Assembly (NCBI GenBank): GCA_019828565.1
Contig: JAHDYR010000064.1
Span: 601,062-665,061, forward strand
From: Carpediemonas membranifera BICM
Lineage: Eukaryota; Protista; Fornicata
Direction: 5' to 3'
Length of the DNA stretch: 64,000 bases
Shown here: one piece after another, positions 1 through 9,649 of the stretch
Numbering within the stretch: the stretch's first letter is position 1
Layout: the number at the start of each line of letters is the position of its first letter
The notes under the pieces: generated by a model
Seen by the model: the letters and a program-made list of their open reading frames with translations, nothing else
Databases searched by the model: none
What the model was told of the DNA's origin: nothing
Position numbers and translations under genes: made by a program

Positions 1-438
1 CAGGACAAGGGCATCCTCCCGGTCGACCCGAACTACCTCAGAGAACGGAAGGACTTCTACAAGAAGCAGGAGCTCACCGAAGAGCGCGACCTCACTAGGG
101 CCTTCAACAAGGACCCTCTGTCGACTACCCCCATGGACCTCCGCGGCCGTCCCGGCATCACCGAGCGTTACATCAACGACAATGTCCCCAAGACCGCCGC
201 CAAGCCCGCCCCCGCCCCTGCCACGAAGCCCGAACCCGTCGCCGAGCCTGATAAGCCCGTCGAGCCCGCAGTTGAACCTGTTGAGGAGCCCGCCGTCGAG
301 GAGCCGACCCCCGAGGAGCCCGCCGAGGAGGGCAAAGAGGTTGTTGAAGAGCAGCCTGAACCTGAACAGGTCGAGGCTGAGGTTGAGGCCGAGGTCGAGG
401 CCGTGGACGTGTCCCCCGAGGACAGCCCCCAGGAGTAA
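1..438 (+). CDS. 3' end of a gene starting before the window; Pro/Glu-rich acidic C-terminal tail, function unknown
   Basis: Frame 1 is open from base 1 (QDKGILPVDPNY...) to TAA at 436-438, with strong GC3 codon bias. Confidence 0.75.
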   Translation, partial: QDKGILPVDPNYLRERKDFYKKQELTEERDLTRAFNKDPLSTTPMDLRGRPGITERYINDNVPKTAAKPAPAPATKPEPVAEPDKPVEPAVEPVEEPAVEEPTPEEPAEEGKEVVEEQPEPEQVEAEVEAEVEAVDVSPEDSPQE

Positions 439-546
439 AGCGTCTGGCACGTTGAACTGGTTTATGTGAATTTTTCGCATGGGAGCCGGCTTGCAGTAAA
501 GTAGCAAAGTTTATTATGTAACAGCAACATATCCCGTGCATGCGGG

Positions 547-3500
547 TCACTGGTCGTTCTCATCCTGTCCCAGCAGCCCGCGATCCTTCAGATAGGCCGC
601 CAGCAGGGTTGTCTCGCCAATGACGCCACTGGGGATCATCTTCAATAGCCCCTGTATCATCGTCTCCGAGTGCTGTAGGGATCGGAACATGGGACGGAAG
701 ACGAGACGGTAGCTCAGCCCGATCGCCAGCAGGCCGGCCAGGCTGACAGGGATGTTGATGATGCGGTACACGAGGAGCACTGTCGTCAGCAGCGACCGGT
801 AGTCCTCGAGCTCCGCCCAGAGCCCGGTCGCCATCGTCGTCTCGAGCCGCAGCGCCTCTGCCCATACCTCGTTGTCGACGCCGCCGTCGCAGATGCAGGT
901 GGCCGTCGAGGGGCTGACGAAGGCGCTTGTCTGCTCGAACACGGCAATCATGTCGCTCAGCGTCAGGCCGTCGATCGAGGAGCAGTTGTCGCAGTCGAAA
1001 GAGTGGATGGCGTCGAGCAGCCCGCCGTTCGACCGGAGGGAGTTAGCGAATATGAGCGGCACACTGTGGGAGCCGACGAGCTGCCCGTGATCATCCTGGA
1101 ACGCCTCGTTTGCTGACAGAAGCAGCTCGTAGAACTCGGCGGACTCAGAGGGCTGCGTGGCGATCGGCACGAGGGAGTTGACCGATACGAAGAAGTCCAG
1201 GATGCGGCGGGCGCTGATGTCGATCGAGTCAGAGAGGGAAATGAGGAAGTAGGACGCCAGACTCAGCCCCACGATCGCCACGAAGATCGCCGCGACAGCG
1301 TACAGATTCAGCGATGATAGGTAGAAGAACTTTGTGATGCGGGTACGGCCAGGTCGCTGCTTGATCACGTCAAGCTGCGTCGGCTGGCGTGGGCTGGCGA
1401 TGTGCCAGATCGACCGCAGACCGGCGACCGTGAGCACGCCTTCCGCGGCCAGCAGCACGACCAGCAGGCCGGTCCACAGCTCAAGTGTCGTGGTGGTGTC
1501 ACTGATCTGGCCCTGGAGGTGGTTCTCGAGCGTGTCAACCACCCCAACGTAGCCCTTGGAGAACGCCTCAAGCAACGACGCGAACTTCTCGTCGAACAGG
1601 ATGGCGCGGCCAATGGCGCACTGCGTGTCGGGGTCGAGGCTCCGGTCGTACGTCGAGTTGGTGTAGAGGCGCGGGGGCCGGGAGAAGAGCACGGTGTCCG
1701 AGGCGGTGTCCTCGTCGGCGATGTCGTACTCGAACGCGGATAGCTCTGCCAGCACTGTGTCGCCGACACCGCTCCCCCACAACTCTAGGGCAATCGAGAT
1801 CCGCTCGATCCGGCGCATCTCGTCAAGCGGCACGGTCATTTCCTCGAGCACGGCCAGATCGAGCCCCTCGTCCTCCATGACTGTCGTCAGGTAGGGCACG
1901 TGGCTCTGCTGGAGCCCCTCCTCGAAGGCCAGGGCCAGTCCATGGTCCTGGAACTGGGCGAAGAGGCGGGCGTCGGCAAGCAGGTCCCGGTGGACGGCCA
2001 TCAGCGCCGACAGGGACTCGGCGATGTCCAGCCGGAGATCGCCGAGTCCAGACAGTTCACTCTCGACGTCCTTCATGCGAGCGTCAACGTTGTAGATGGC
2101 GAGGACGCCGAGCAGGAAGAGGGCCATGAGGGCGACGTCGATTGCCTGGCCCACCCACATCAGCACGCGGGGCAGGTCGATGAAGGGCTTCTTGGTCTCG
2201 CCCCCGATGTCGATGGCGCTGTCGGTGCGGTTGGTGAAGAATGACGTGAACGACGTGCCCGACGTCCTCGATGCGACGTTGGACCTGGTCGTCTCATCCG
2301 TCTCGGCCACCGTCGAGTAGTTCAACTCAGCCTTCTCCTCGGCGGAGGTCTCAAAGATGATCTCACGTGCGGCCACACGCTTTGAGTCGACCCGCGATGC
2401 CCCGGCCCGGATGCTGAGGCTGCAGCAGATGCAGATGCCGAGGATGATGCCGGTCAGCACGCACACCCCCATGAGGACGGTCGACACCGTCCGGGCCCAG
2501 CCGCGGTAGTCTGTGATGTCCGTTACACCCGTGTCCGAGGAGGACTGCAGGGAGGCGCGGGCCTCGCTGACGTACGCCGCGACATTGTCCCGCTGGGTCC
2601 AGTAGCGATCGTCCGACAGCACTGTGCGGGCGAGCAGCTGGCGCAGGTCGGGATCGAGGGCGGTGTCGTTGGCGGCGTCGGTGTAGTATCCGAGGGCGAA
2701 GACGGCATCCGTGCGCTGGTACGTCTCGAGATCGGAGTGGTATGTCGTCTCAGCGGTGTAGTTGTACGTGAAGTCGTACAGCGGGCACGACGCCTCGGGG
2801 GGGAAGTCATCGGGCAAGACCAGTCGCACGGCAATCAGCTCCAGGTACTCGAGCAGCGTGCTCCCGGTCTGAGCCGCAGCGATGCCGGCCCGGACGTCGG
2901 CGTCCATGTCGATCGCGATGAGGGTGCCGAGGATCGCCTCCCGCTCCCGGGCAGCCCCGTACGCCCAGTACTCCTGGAGCGTGGTCAGCTGGCCGTTTTC
3001 GACGAAGCTGAACGCGGTCCAGGTCATGGAGTCGATGCATTCGCTGAACTCGTCGACGAGGCCCAGGATCTCAATGGACGTATCGACGGTGTCCAGGATC
3101 TCGAGCGTCAGGACAACGCGTGCCACGGCCATGACGCCCAGTGTGATCAGGGCGCCGGCCACGACGGTGGCGATCATCGTACCCACGACCCAGAACTTGT
3201 GGAGCCGGGTGGTGCACTCCTCGAAGCGCTGTTCGCACTGCAGAATCTCTGACTCGAGGATCTGCACCAAGCCCTCGTTGTTGACGAGAGAGTTGGTGCT
3301 GATGCCGTTGGCGAGGTTGGTGATGGATGCCGTGGACTGCTGTATCAGGGCGTGCGACATCAGGGGGGGCGAGTCGTCCGAGTCGAGCGCGGACTCCGTC
3401 TCCTGCTCCGTCGTCGAGATCATCTGCGTCGTCACCTCGTCGTGGGCTAGCTGCGAGTGGCTCTCGAAGCCGAAGCCATCATCGAGCGCGCTGTCGTCCG

Positions 3501-6462
3501 TCAGGTCTGTGTCCGATAGCTCTGTCCGCTCGGTGACCGTTTGGGCGATAGTCACGGACCGCCGCGACAGCTGCTTCGTGAGGTCGGGCCCTGAGTCCTT
3601 GAAGCTGATCATTGCCCTCGTGGCGAGCTTGGACCGCATGATGGGCTTCTTGCGGGGCTTCTTCTTGGTCTCAGAATTCCGTACCATCTGCTCGACGACG
3701 CTGGCGTCTAGATGCAGGAAGAGGTTGATGGATTCCGTCTGGTAATCGCCCACATCGTTGAACGCTCGCCGCAGCACGAACAGCTGTAGTACCGCGATGA
3801 TCGCGAGGACGACCACGAGAATGAGCCCGTCCGCCACAGCGCCGACAGCTCGCAGCCGTGTGAGGGCGTCGCTCACGGTGGTGAGGGCCAAACGGGCGGC
3901 GTCGAGGAAGGCACCAGACCCGTTTGCCCGCAGGAACTGCTGGTCCCGTGCGGTGGCGACGTGGGCCTGCACTCGGTCGAGGCTGACGACGATGGACGAG
4001 ATGTAATCGAGAAGACCCGTCGTCGTTTCCTGCAGGCTGACAGGCGCCAGGGGCACGAATGAGGCGGCGAACAGCCTGCGGTCCTGCAAGAGGTCGTTGA
4101 GCCCGGGGAAGACGAGACCGATCGTCGTCGACGTCACGCCGTCGACCACGGCCGTGGTATGTTCCCGCAGCTTGGCCGTCGTCGCCTTCAGCCGCACGTC
4201 CACGGGGTCGTCGGATAGCATGTAGCCCGAGACGGCGCCGGGGCTGATGCTCTCGACCTGCAGGACCTCCGCGAGTAAGGTGCTCTCGGCAGCCGATCCG
4301 GCGGTCCCTGCGACGTTGTACGCGATGTCGACGAGCGTCTCGATGAGGGTGATTCGGACCTGGGCCTGCAGCAGGAACAGGGCGCAGATGGCGGTCAGCG
4401 TCAGCAGCACGATGTTAACCATGCCGTTGAGACGGCGGACGGCGCTGCTCTTCTTGTCGCTGTCCTGCTTGAGGATGTCGAGCACGTTGAGCTCGTTGTA
4501 TCCGCCCCCCATGGATGACGCCGACTGCGACGACCCGTTGTCACTGCTTCCGTCGTTCCGGATGTCCTCGTTGCGCCGCCTGACCGAGATGTCATCGGCA
4601 CACTGATAGAGGAGCGCGCTCTTCTCGGGGTCCTGCCGAATGTCCCTGACGAACTCCGCGTACGACCGGATGATAGCGTCGCGGTCGGGGAACGTCTTGA
4701 TCAGCTCGACGTAGATGCTGTTGGCCGCCGCCGAGTGCCTATGAATGGACTCCGAGACCTCCAGCAGCAGCGTGATATTTGGGTCGGGCTGCGAGAGGCA
4801 CTGCCAGAAGTAGTGGATCGCCTTCCTCGCCGCCTCCGTCTCGTCTCGGGCAGCCCGTTGCTTCCGCATGAGGACGCCGTGCGTCTCCTGGGCGGTTCCA
4901 CAGTCGTGCTTGCGGCGGTAGCCGTCGGCCGACGCGTGTAGGGCCGTGAGAAAGGAGAGCGAGACGATGTCGATCGGGGGGATCAGGTCCATCGCCGCGA
5001 ACGACGGGATGCGGCAGGCCTCGAAGATGGCGTTCTCGACGTTGGCGCTGACCGTGAGTGTGTACTGGATGAGCGCCAGTCGGGACATCGCACCAGTGAA
5101 CCGACTGGCGCACAGCATCTCCAGATGCCGCTGCAGGTGATGGGCGAGTGTCTGCTTCGCCTCGACCCGTGCACCGTTCGTATAGGGCATGCCGAGCAGC
5201 TCGAAGCGCTCCCTGTCGTGCTGCTCCTCAGCCATGTAAAGCTGCTTCGCCCAGGCCAGAGCGAAGATATACTGTGTGAAGCTGTACCGTGTGTAGGGGC
5301 CGGTCGGGGAGCGGAGGGAGGGCAGCAGGGACGAGGGCTGCTTGAGGATGCCCCTACTCATCGATCCGACGGTCATGTCGTCCTCGGTGAGGCGCATATC
5401 CAGTACGCTATGCAGGAGCAGGTGGAGGTATGCGAACTTCGCCAAGACCAGTGCGACGACGATGGGCGCGGCGATGAACGGGGCCGACCAGACCAGGAGG
5501 GGCGTCACCTGGGTGGCAATGGTCGCTGCCAACACGGCGCCGTACCAAGCGAGGTGGGTGGTCCACATGACGGGGTGGAGGAAGTGCGGGATGAAGAACT
5601 GCACCGCCGCGGCCACAGTCTCGACGGCGACCAGGGCGCCTGCAGTCACGGTGGGCCGGCCGTGCCCGAACCCAAACGTGTCCGTGGTCGCGAGCATTGC
5701 AACGACCATGAGGATCGGGTGCTCGAGCAGGATTACGCGGCTCGGGAAGGATAGCAGGCGCGACGACGACGGGGACACTGGGTGTGAGAATGACACGCAC
5801 GTCGCCACAGCGGAGACGGCCACGACGCAGCCCAGCCCCATCGTGGAGATGGCGATCATGGCGACGTGGCTGAGGGAGCCCGTCGAGATGTCTGCATAGA
5901 CGCCTGCAAACGCGTCGGGGGCCTTCGAGGGCGCCACGAACGCGATCGAGAGCATCTGTGCGAACGGGATCAGGAGGGGGCCGCGGCCGATGAGCATCGT
6001 GAAGATGTAGAGCGGCTGGAGGCGGGCCCGACGCTTTCCTTCACTCACGACGAGGACCTCGATGAGGGTCCATAGGAGGGCCAGTGCGGAGACACAGGCG
6101 CACGCTACCACAGCTACCTGGGCAACAGTTGACACCTTGAAGACGTTGAGCAGCGGCCATATGAGGAAGAGGCGCAGGAACGCCGTGGTATCGTCGTCAG
6201 CCTGGGGAGGGAAGGAGAGGGCAAGAAGTTGGACGACCAAGATAGGATAGAGAGCTATAGACATGAAATTATCAAGTGTAGATAGACGTACACTTGTAAT
6301 GAAGTTTGTGAACTGCACATGGGGGAACGATGGAATGGATAGGGGGCGAAGGAAGCCCTGTACGGAGGTGTTCGTGTATGCTGAGCTAGCTGTGCCTCTA
6401 AACGAAAATGACACAGAAACACCGCTCTGTGCATGCGCTAAGGAGCCTCGGTTAGACCCCAT
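547..6462 (-). CDS. Giant multi-pass membrane protein, TmcB/TmcC-like (TM block, TPR-like helical region, repeated TM-flanked extracellular helical domains)
   Basis: 2007-aa ORF; likely start MGSNRG at 6462. Segment ARKAIHYFWQCL...IYVELIKTFP...IIRSYAEFVRDI resembles the TmcB/TmcC TPR region. Many hydrophobic helices. Confidence 0.75.
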   Translation of the reverse strand: MGSNRGSLAHAQSGVSVSFSFRGTASSAYTNTSVQGFLRPLSIPSFPHVQFTNFITSVRLSTLDNFMSIALYPILVVQLLALSFPPQADDDTTAFLRLFLIWPLLNVFKVSTVAQVAVVACACVSALALLWTLIEVLVVSEGKRRARLQPLYIFTMLIGRGPLLIPFAQMLSIAFVAPSKAPDAFAGVYADISTGSLSHVAMIAISTMGLGCVVAVSAVATCVSFSHPVSPSSSRLLSFPSRVILLEHPILMVVAMLATTDTFGFGHGRPTVTAGALVAVETVAAAVQFFIPHFLHPVMWTTHLAWYGAVLAATIATQVTPLLVWSAPFIAAPIVVALVLAKFAYLHLLLHSVLDMRLTEDDMTVGSMSRGILKQPSSLLPSLRSPTGPYTRYSFTQYIFALAWAKQLYMAEEQHDRERFELLGMPYTNGARVEAKQTLAHHLQRHLEMLCASRFTGAMSRLALIQYTLTVSANVENAIFEACRIPSFAAMDLIPPIDIVSLSFLTALHASADGYRRKHDCGTAQETHGVLMRKQRAARDETEAARKAIHYFWQCLSQPDPNITLLLEVSESIHRHSAAANSIYVELIKTFPDRDAIIRSYAEFVRDIRQDPEKSALLYQCADDISVRRRNEDIRNDGSSDNGSSQSASSMGGGYNELNVLDILKQDSDKKSSAVRRLNGMVNIVLLTLTAICALFLLQAQVRITLIETLVDIAYNVAGTAGSAAESTLLAEVLQVESISPGAVSGYMLSDDPVDVRLKATTAKLREHTTAVVDGVTSTTIGLVFPGLNDLLQDRRLFAASFVPLAPVSLQETTTGLLDYISSIVVSLDRVQAHVATARDQQFLRANGSGAFLDAARLALTTVSDALTRLRAVGAVADGLILVVVLAIIAVLQLFVLRRAFNDVGDYQTESINLFLHLDASVVEQMVRNSETKKKPRKKPIMRSKLATRAMISFKDSGPDLTKQLSRRSVTIAQTVTERTELSDTDLTDDSALDDGFGFESHSQLAHDEVTTQMISTTEQETESALDSDDSPPLMSHALIQQSTASITNLANGISTNSLVNNEGLVQILESEILQCEQRFEECTTRLHKFWVVGTMIATVVAGALITLGVMAVARVVLTLEILDTVDTSIEILGLVDEFSECIDSMTWTAFSFVENGQLTTLQEYWAYGAAREREAILGTLIAIDMDADVRAGIAAAQTGSTLLEYLELIAVRLVLPDDFPPEASCPLYDFTYNYTAETTYHSDLETYQRTDAVFALGYYTDAANDTALDPDLRQLLARTVLSDDRYWTQRDNVAAYVSEARASLQSSSDTGVTDITDYRGWARTVSTVLMGVCVLTGIILGICICCSLSIRAGASRVDSKRVAAREIIFETSAEEKAELNYSTVAETDETTRSNVASRTSGTSFTSFFTNRTDSAIDIGGETKKPFIDLPRVLMWVGQAIDVALMALFLLGVLAIYNVDARMKDVESELSGLGDLRLDIAESLSALMAVHRDLLADARLFAQFQDHGLALAFEEGLQQSHVPYLTTVMEDEGLDLAVLEEMTVPLDEMRRIERISIALELWGSGVGDTVLAELSAFEYDIADEDTASDTVLFSRPPRLYTNSTYDRSLDPDTQCAIGRAILFDEKFASLLEAFSKGYVGVVDTLENHLQGQISDTTTTLELWTGLLVVLLAAEGVLTVAGLRSIWHIASPRQPTQLDVIKQRPGRTRITKFFYLSSLNLYAVAAIFVAIVGLSLASYFLISLSDSIDISARRILDFFVSVNSLVPIATQPSESAEFYELLLSANEAFQDDHGQLVGSHSVPLIFANSLRSNGGLLDAIHSFDCDNCSSIDGLTLSDMIAVFEQTSAFVSPSTATCICDGGVDNEVWAEALRLETTMATGLWAELEDYRSLLTTVLLVYRIINIPVSLAGLLAIGLSYRLVFRPMFRSLQHSETMIQGLLKMIPSGVIGETTLLAAYLKDRGLLGQDENDQ

Positions 6463-6612
6463 TGCTGCGATATGATTCAGCCTCCGTCGTTCGGACAAGT
6501 TTATCGTACCGCAAGTAAATCGCCTTGTTGATCGCCCCGATCCTGCTGACGTGCCCCAAGGTCGACACATGGTTGAATATGTCTTTTATGTGTATATCGT
6601 AACAATACCGGC

Positions 6613-7968
6613 CTAGTCCTTGAGCACGGGCGCCAGGCTCCACGCACAGATGAATCCCTCGCTCTCGCTGGTGACAAGCTTCACCACGGGCGAGCCGTCC
6701 TTGTTCTTCGTCGTCAGTGTCATGCCCTTGCTCTGGATAACCCCTGGCAGGGCCGCTGCGACGGCGGCGGGAACCACTGTGGCGTGGCCGGCAGGGTCGA
6801 GGGCGAAGTGGAAGATCATCGTGGGGGACCCGTACGCGATGAACATGCCGCCCTGGGTCGTGCGCTGGATGAGCTGGATGTCGTGCACCATGGTCGTCGG
6901 TACCTCGTTGACGACGACAGGCGTCTGCTCATGCGTCGTTCGGTCAAACATGGTCATCAGACTGCCGTCTGCGCCGAGTTCGACGTGCCCGACGACGCCG
7001 ATGGTGCTGGAGAGCCACACGTGGGTGTAAACGCGGGTCTTGAAGTTGACCCACTGGACCTGGGGCGCCTGCAGGTCGGCCATGTCGATGACCACCACAT
7101 CGCCCCGGTCCAGCGAGGCGGAGATCTCCACATTGTTGCGGGTGATCAGCCACCGCACGGAGCCAACCACCGCCCCGCAGTCGAACGAGAAGACGTCCCG
7201 CAGCGTGCGGGTCGCGCGGTCGTACTCGGTCACGGCTACGAGGTGATCGTGGCCGCCGGACAAGATCAGCGTCTGCTCGGGGTGAATGGCGAGCTCCCGG
7301 ATGAAGTTGGTGTGCACCGCGCGGCTGGTGACGACGGCGCCCTGCCGACGGACGTGGTCGTACGTGATGACGACAAGGTGGGACTCGGCCGCGACAACGA
7401 GCGTGGCGGCGTCGAGCCAGGCGAGGTCGAGCACCTCCCAGTCGAGCGCGAGGGCGGCAGCAGCCGTCAGGTGTGAGACGTGGTCGTCGAACTCACCGAA
7501 CGCCACCGCGTGCGTGCCGTCGCCGAACTCGACGCCGGTTGCATAGACACGGCCGTGCTCGGGGATGGCGATTGGACCCATGACGCCGGCCCGCCCACCG
7601 AGGTCTGGCAGCATCTGTCGCAGCTGGATCATCATTCGGTGCAGCGGAGGGCGTGTGGCGGGCGGCTTGGCGATCGGTATATTGGGGGAGGAGATGGCTG
7701 AGTTTGTGAAGCGTGCCGGGCTGCTGACAGCGGACATTTCGGAGGGGATGGGCGTGTAGCCGAGCGGCGACGGATCCTGCATAGATATCGGACGCTGTAC
7801 GGGCAGCTCTTGATACACATAGGCATCTTGGGCGGCGCCGAAGGCACTGGTCATGATTCGCTGAGCATTGCCAGGCAGGTTGTGCTCTGTGGAGCCATTA
7901 TTGTTGATTGGAAAGCCAAGATGGCCAAATGAAGGTGAGTAGACGCCGTAAGAGAGCTCTGAAGACAT
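6613..7968 (-). CDS. WD40/beta-propeller protein with Pro/Ser-rich N-terminus
   Basis: HTNFIRELAIHP..LILSGGHDHLV and LVTSESEGFICAWS are WD40-like repeats. Confidence 0.7.
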   Translation of the reverse strand: MSSELSYGVYSPSFGHLGFPINNNGSTEHNLPGNAQRIMTSAFGAAQDAYVYQELPVQRPISMQDPSPLGYTPIPSEMSAVSSPARFTNSAISSPNIPIAKPPATRPPLHRMMIQLRQMLPDLGGRAGVMGPIAIPEHGRVYATGVEFGDGTHAVAFGEFDDHVSHLTAAAALALDWEVLDLAWLDAATLVVAAESHLVVITYDHVRRQGAVVTSRAVHTNFIRELAIHPEQTLILSGGHDHLVAVTEYDRATRTLRDVFSFDCGAVVGSVRWLITRNNVEISASLDRGDVVVIDMADLQAPQVQWVNFKTRVYTHVWLSSTIGVVGHVELGADGSLMTMFDRTTHEQTPVVVNEVPTTMVHDIQLIQRTTQGGMFIAYGSPTMIFHFALDPAGHATVVPAAVAAALPGVIQSKGMTLTTKNKDGSPVVKLVTSESEGFICAWSLAPVLKD

Positions 7969-8205
7969 TCTCTACAACTATGTTTGCTCTACAGCGCTAA
8001 AACTAGAAGTTTAGGGTTAGTAACATGTCAGTGGAAGATAGCTGCCTTGGCGAGTGACATGAGAAAATAAACTCTACCCTAACCCGCCGCAGGGGTCTGG
8101 GCGGGACGGGGCATGGGTGCGTAGGGTGCCAGGAAGAATAGCCTCAGCGTTGTGCTAGGGCGAGCACTTTAAGGCACAGCGATTTGACGACAAGTGGACA
8201 AGGGT

Positions 8206-9591
8206 ATGATCATTCGAGTGCGCACGACAGGCGGGATGAAGCGCATGGAATTTGATGAGAAGCACGCCACGGTTAAGGACCTTCGAGCGAGGCTTGCTGA
8301 GGAGTACAACACCACTGGCGATCAGCCGATCTATATGGGTCCTACTCCCACTGGAAAGCCGTTAGTCGCCAAACTCAGCCACAAGCTGGCCAATGAGGGG
8401 TTCAAAAACGGTACACAGATTTTCTTTGATGAGAAGAACATCGCACAAGAGCCATCGGCCCTCGAACAGAGCGGGAAGAACTTCACGGTCCACGAAGCCA
8501 AAGACAAGCGCCCCCGCCCCCCGCACATCGGGCCCGACTGCACGCATGACGCGACTATGCGGTGTCACCAGTGCTTTGAGGCTTACTACAAGGACCAGAA
8601 GGACCCCCTCGCCATCTCGGACGACGAGGAGGCGCCCCCGGTATATGCCCGCAAGAACATGCGGGACGCGCGGTACCTGCACTACCAGCAGTCGCTGATC
8701 CCGCACATCAAGCACCAGGACACAGGCCGGGTCCGGACGGTCAGCCTCGCACAGCACGTCGTGGAGCAGTTTAACGCGGGCCTCGTAACCTATGAGTACT
8801 ACCATCGCCGTCTAGCCATCCTCTTCGGCCGCTTCGACCAGGACAACGAGACCGTTATTGTAGAGACGTCCTACGAGCCCAAACAGGACTTCAACACCGA
8901 CACCCAGCAAATTAGACTCGGCGACGACGAGCACTTCGACCGGGTTCGGACACTAGGGACGTTCCTCGGCATGGAGCCCGTCGGCTGGATCGTGTCCCAC
9001 CCCATGATCTCGGATGAGGACGGCGCCCCGCTGAGGGCATCAGAGGTCGTTCAGGCGGCTTCGTGGCAGCTCGAGTTCGACACGCGGTTCGTGACCGTCA
9101 CGGTCTCCGTTGACGATGACAAACAGCTGAGCGTCGACGCGTTTCAGGTGTCGGATCAGGCGTGCAAAATGGCGAGGAAGGGCTTCTTCGACTGCCCCCA
9201 GAGTTCAGATGAGCCCTTCTCCTGCCAGACAACAAAGGAGGTCGACATCAACGCCGAGATGGTGAAGTCCGTCGGTACCCCCTACCTTACCGTCCCGGTT
9301 GGCATCACCACCCACGATGGCGTCTTCGGCGGGGACTTCCCTGTGCAGAACAGACTGATCGAGCCGACGCCCCGGGACGTGCTGGCGTATCTGGATGCCA
9401 ACCAGGCCAAGGGGCAGCTCGCGCGCTTCGGGAACATGGCGTTTCTGCTCTATGTCAGCTACATCCTCGATCTGCACACCCAGATCGCGGAGATCTGCGG
9501 TTGTATCCAGCACGGCCTCGAGGAAGGCTTCACGGCAGAGCACGAGGCCGATATCCGCCGCCACTGCGAGCTCTTGATGCAGTTTGAATGA
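8206..9591 (+). CDS. NPL4: Nuclear protein localization 4 (p97/Cdc48 cofactor)
   Basis: N-terminal UBL (MIIRVRTTGGMKR), C-x-H...C-x2-C zinc finger, MPN-like core (RLAILFGRF, YEPKQ, VGWIVSH, AFQVSDQ, FPVQNR). ATG at 8206. Confidence 0.9.
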   Translation: MIIRVRTTGGMKRMEFDEKHATVKDLRARLAEEYNTTGDQPIYMGPTPTGKPLVAKLSHKLANEGFKNGTQIFFDEKNIAQEPSALEQSGKNFTVHEAKDKRPRPPHIGPDCTHDATMRCHQCFEAYYKDQKDPLAISDDEEAPPVYARKNMRDARYLHYQQSLIPHIKHQDTGRVRTVSLAQHVVEQFNAGLVTYEYYHRRLAILFGRFDQDNETVIVETSYEPKQDFNTDTQQIRLGDDEHFDRVRTLGTFLGMEPVGWIVSHPMISDEDGAPLRASEVVQAASWQLEFDTRFVTVTVSVDDDKQLSVDAFQVSDQACKMARKGFFDCPQSSDEPFSCQTTKEVDINAEMVKSVGTPYLTVPVGITTHDGVFGGDFPVQNRLIEPTPRDVLAYLDANQAKGQLARFGNMAFLLYVSYILDLHTQIAEICGCIQHGLEEGFTAEHEADIRRHCELLMQFE

Positions 9592-9649
9592 TTCTAAAGT
9601 TTTGTCAGATGCAACCATTCCCCGCCAGCATGTCCCAAGGGGCCTAACA

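Noticed and set aside
8009-8085. TTAGGGTTAG and CCCTAACCC telomere-like words in a divergent promoter
   Set aside because: Under two units each; chance or a promoter motif, not supportable.
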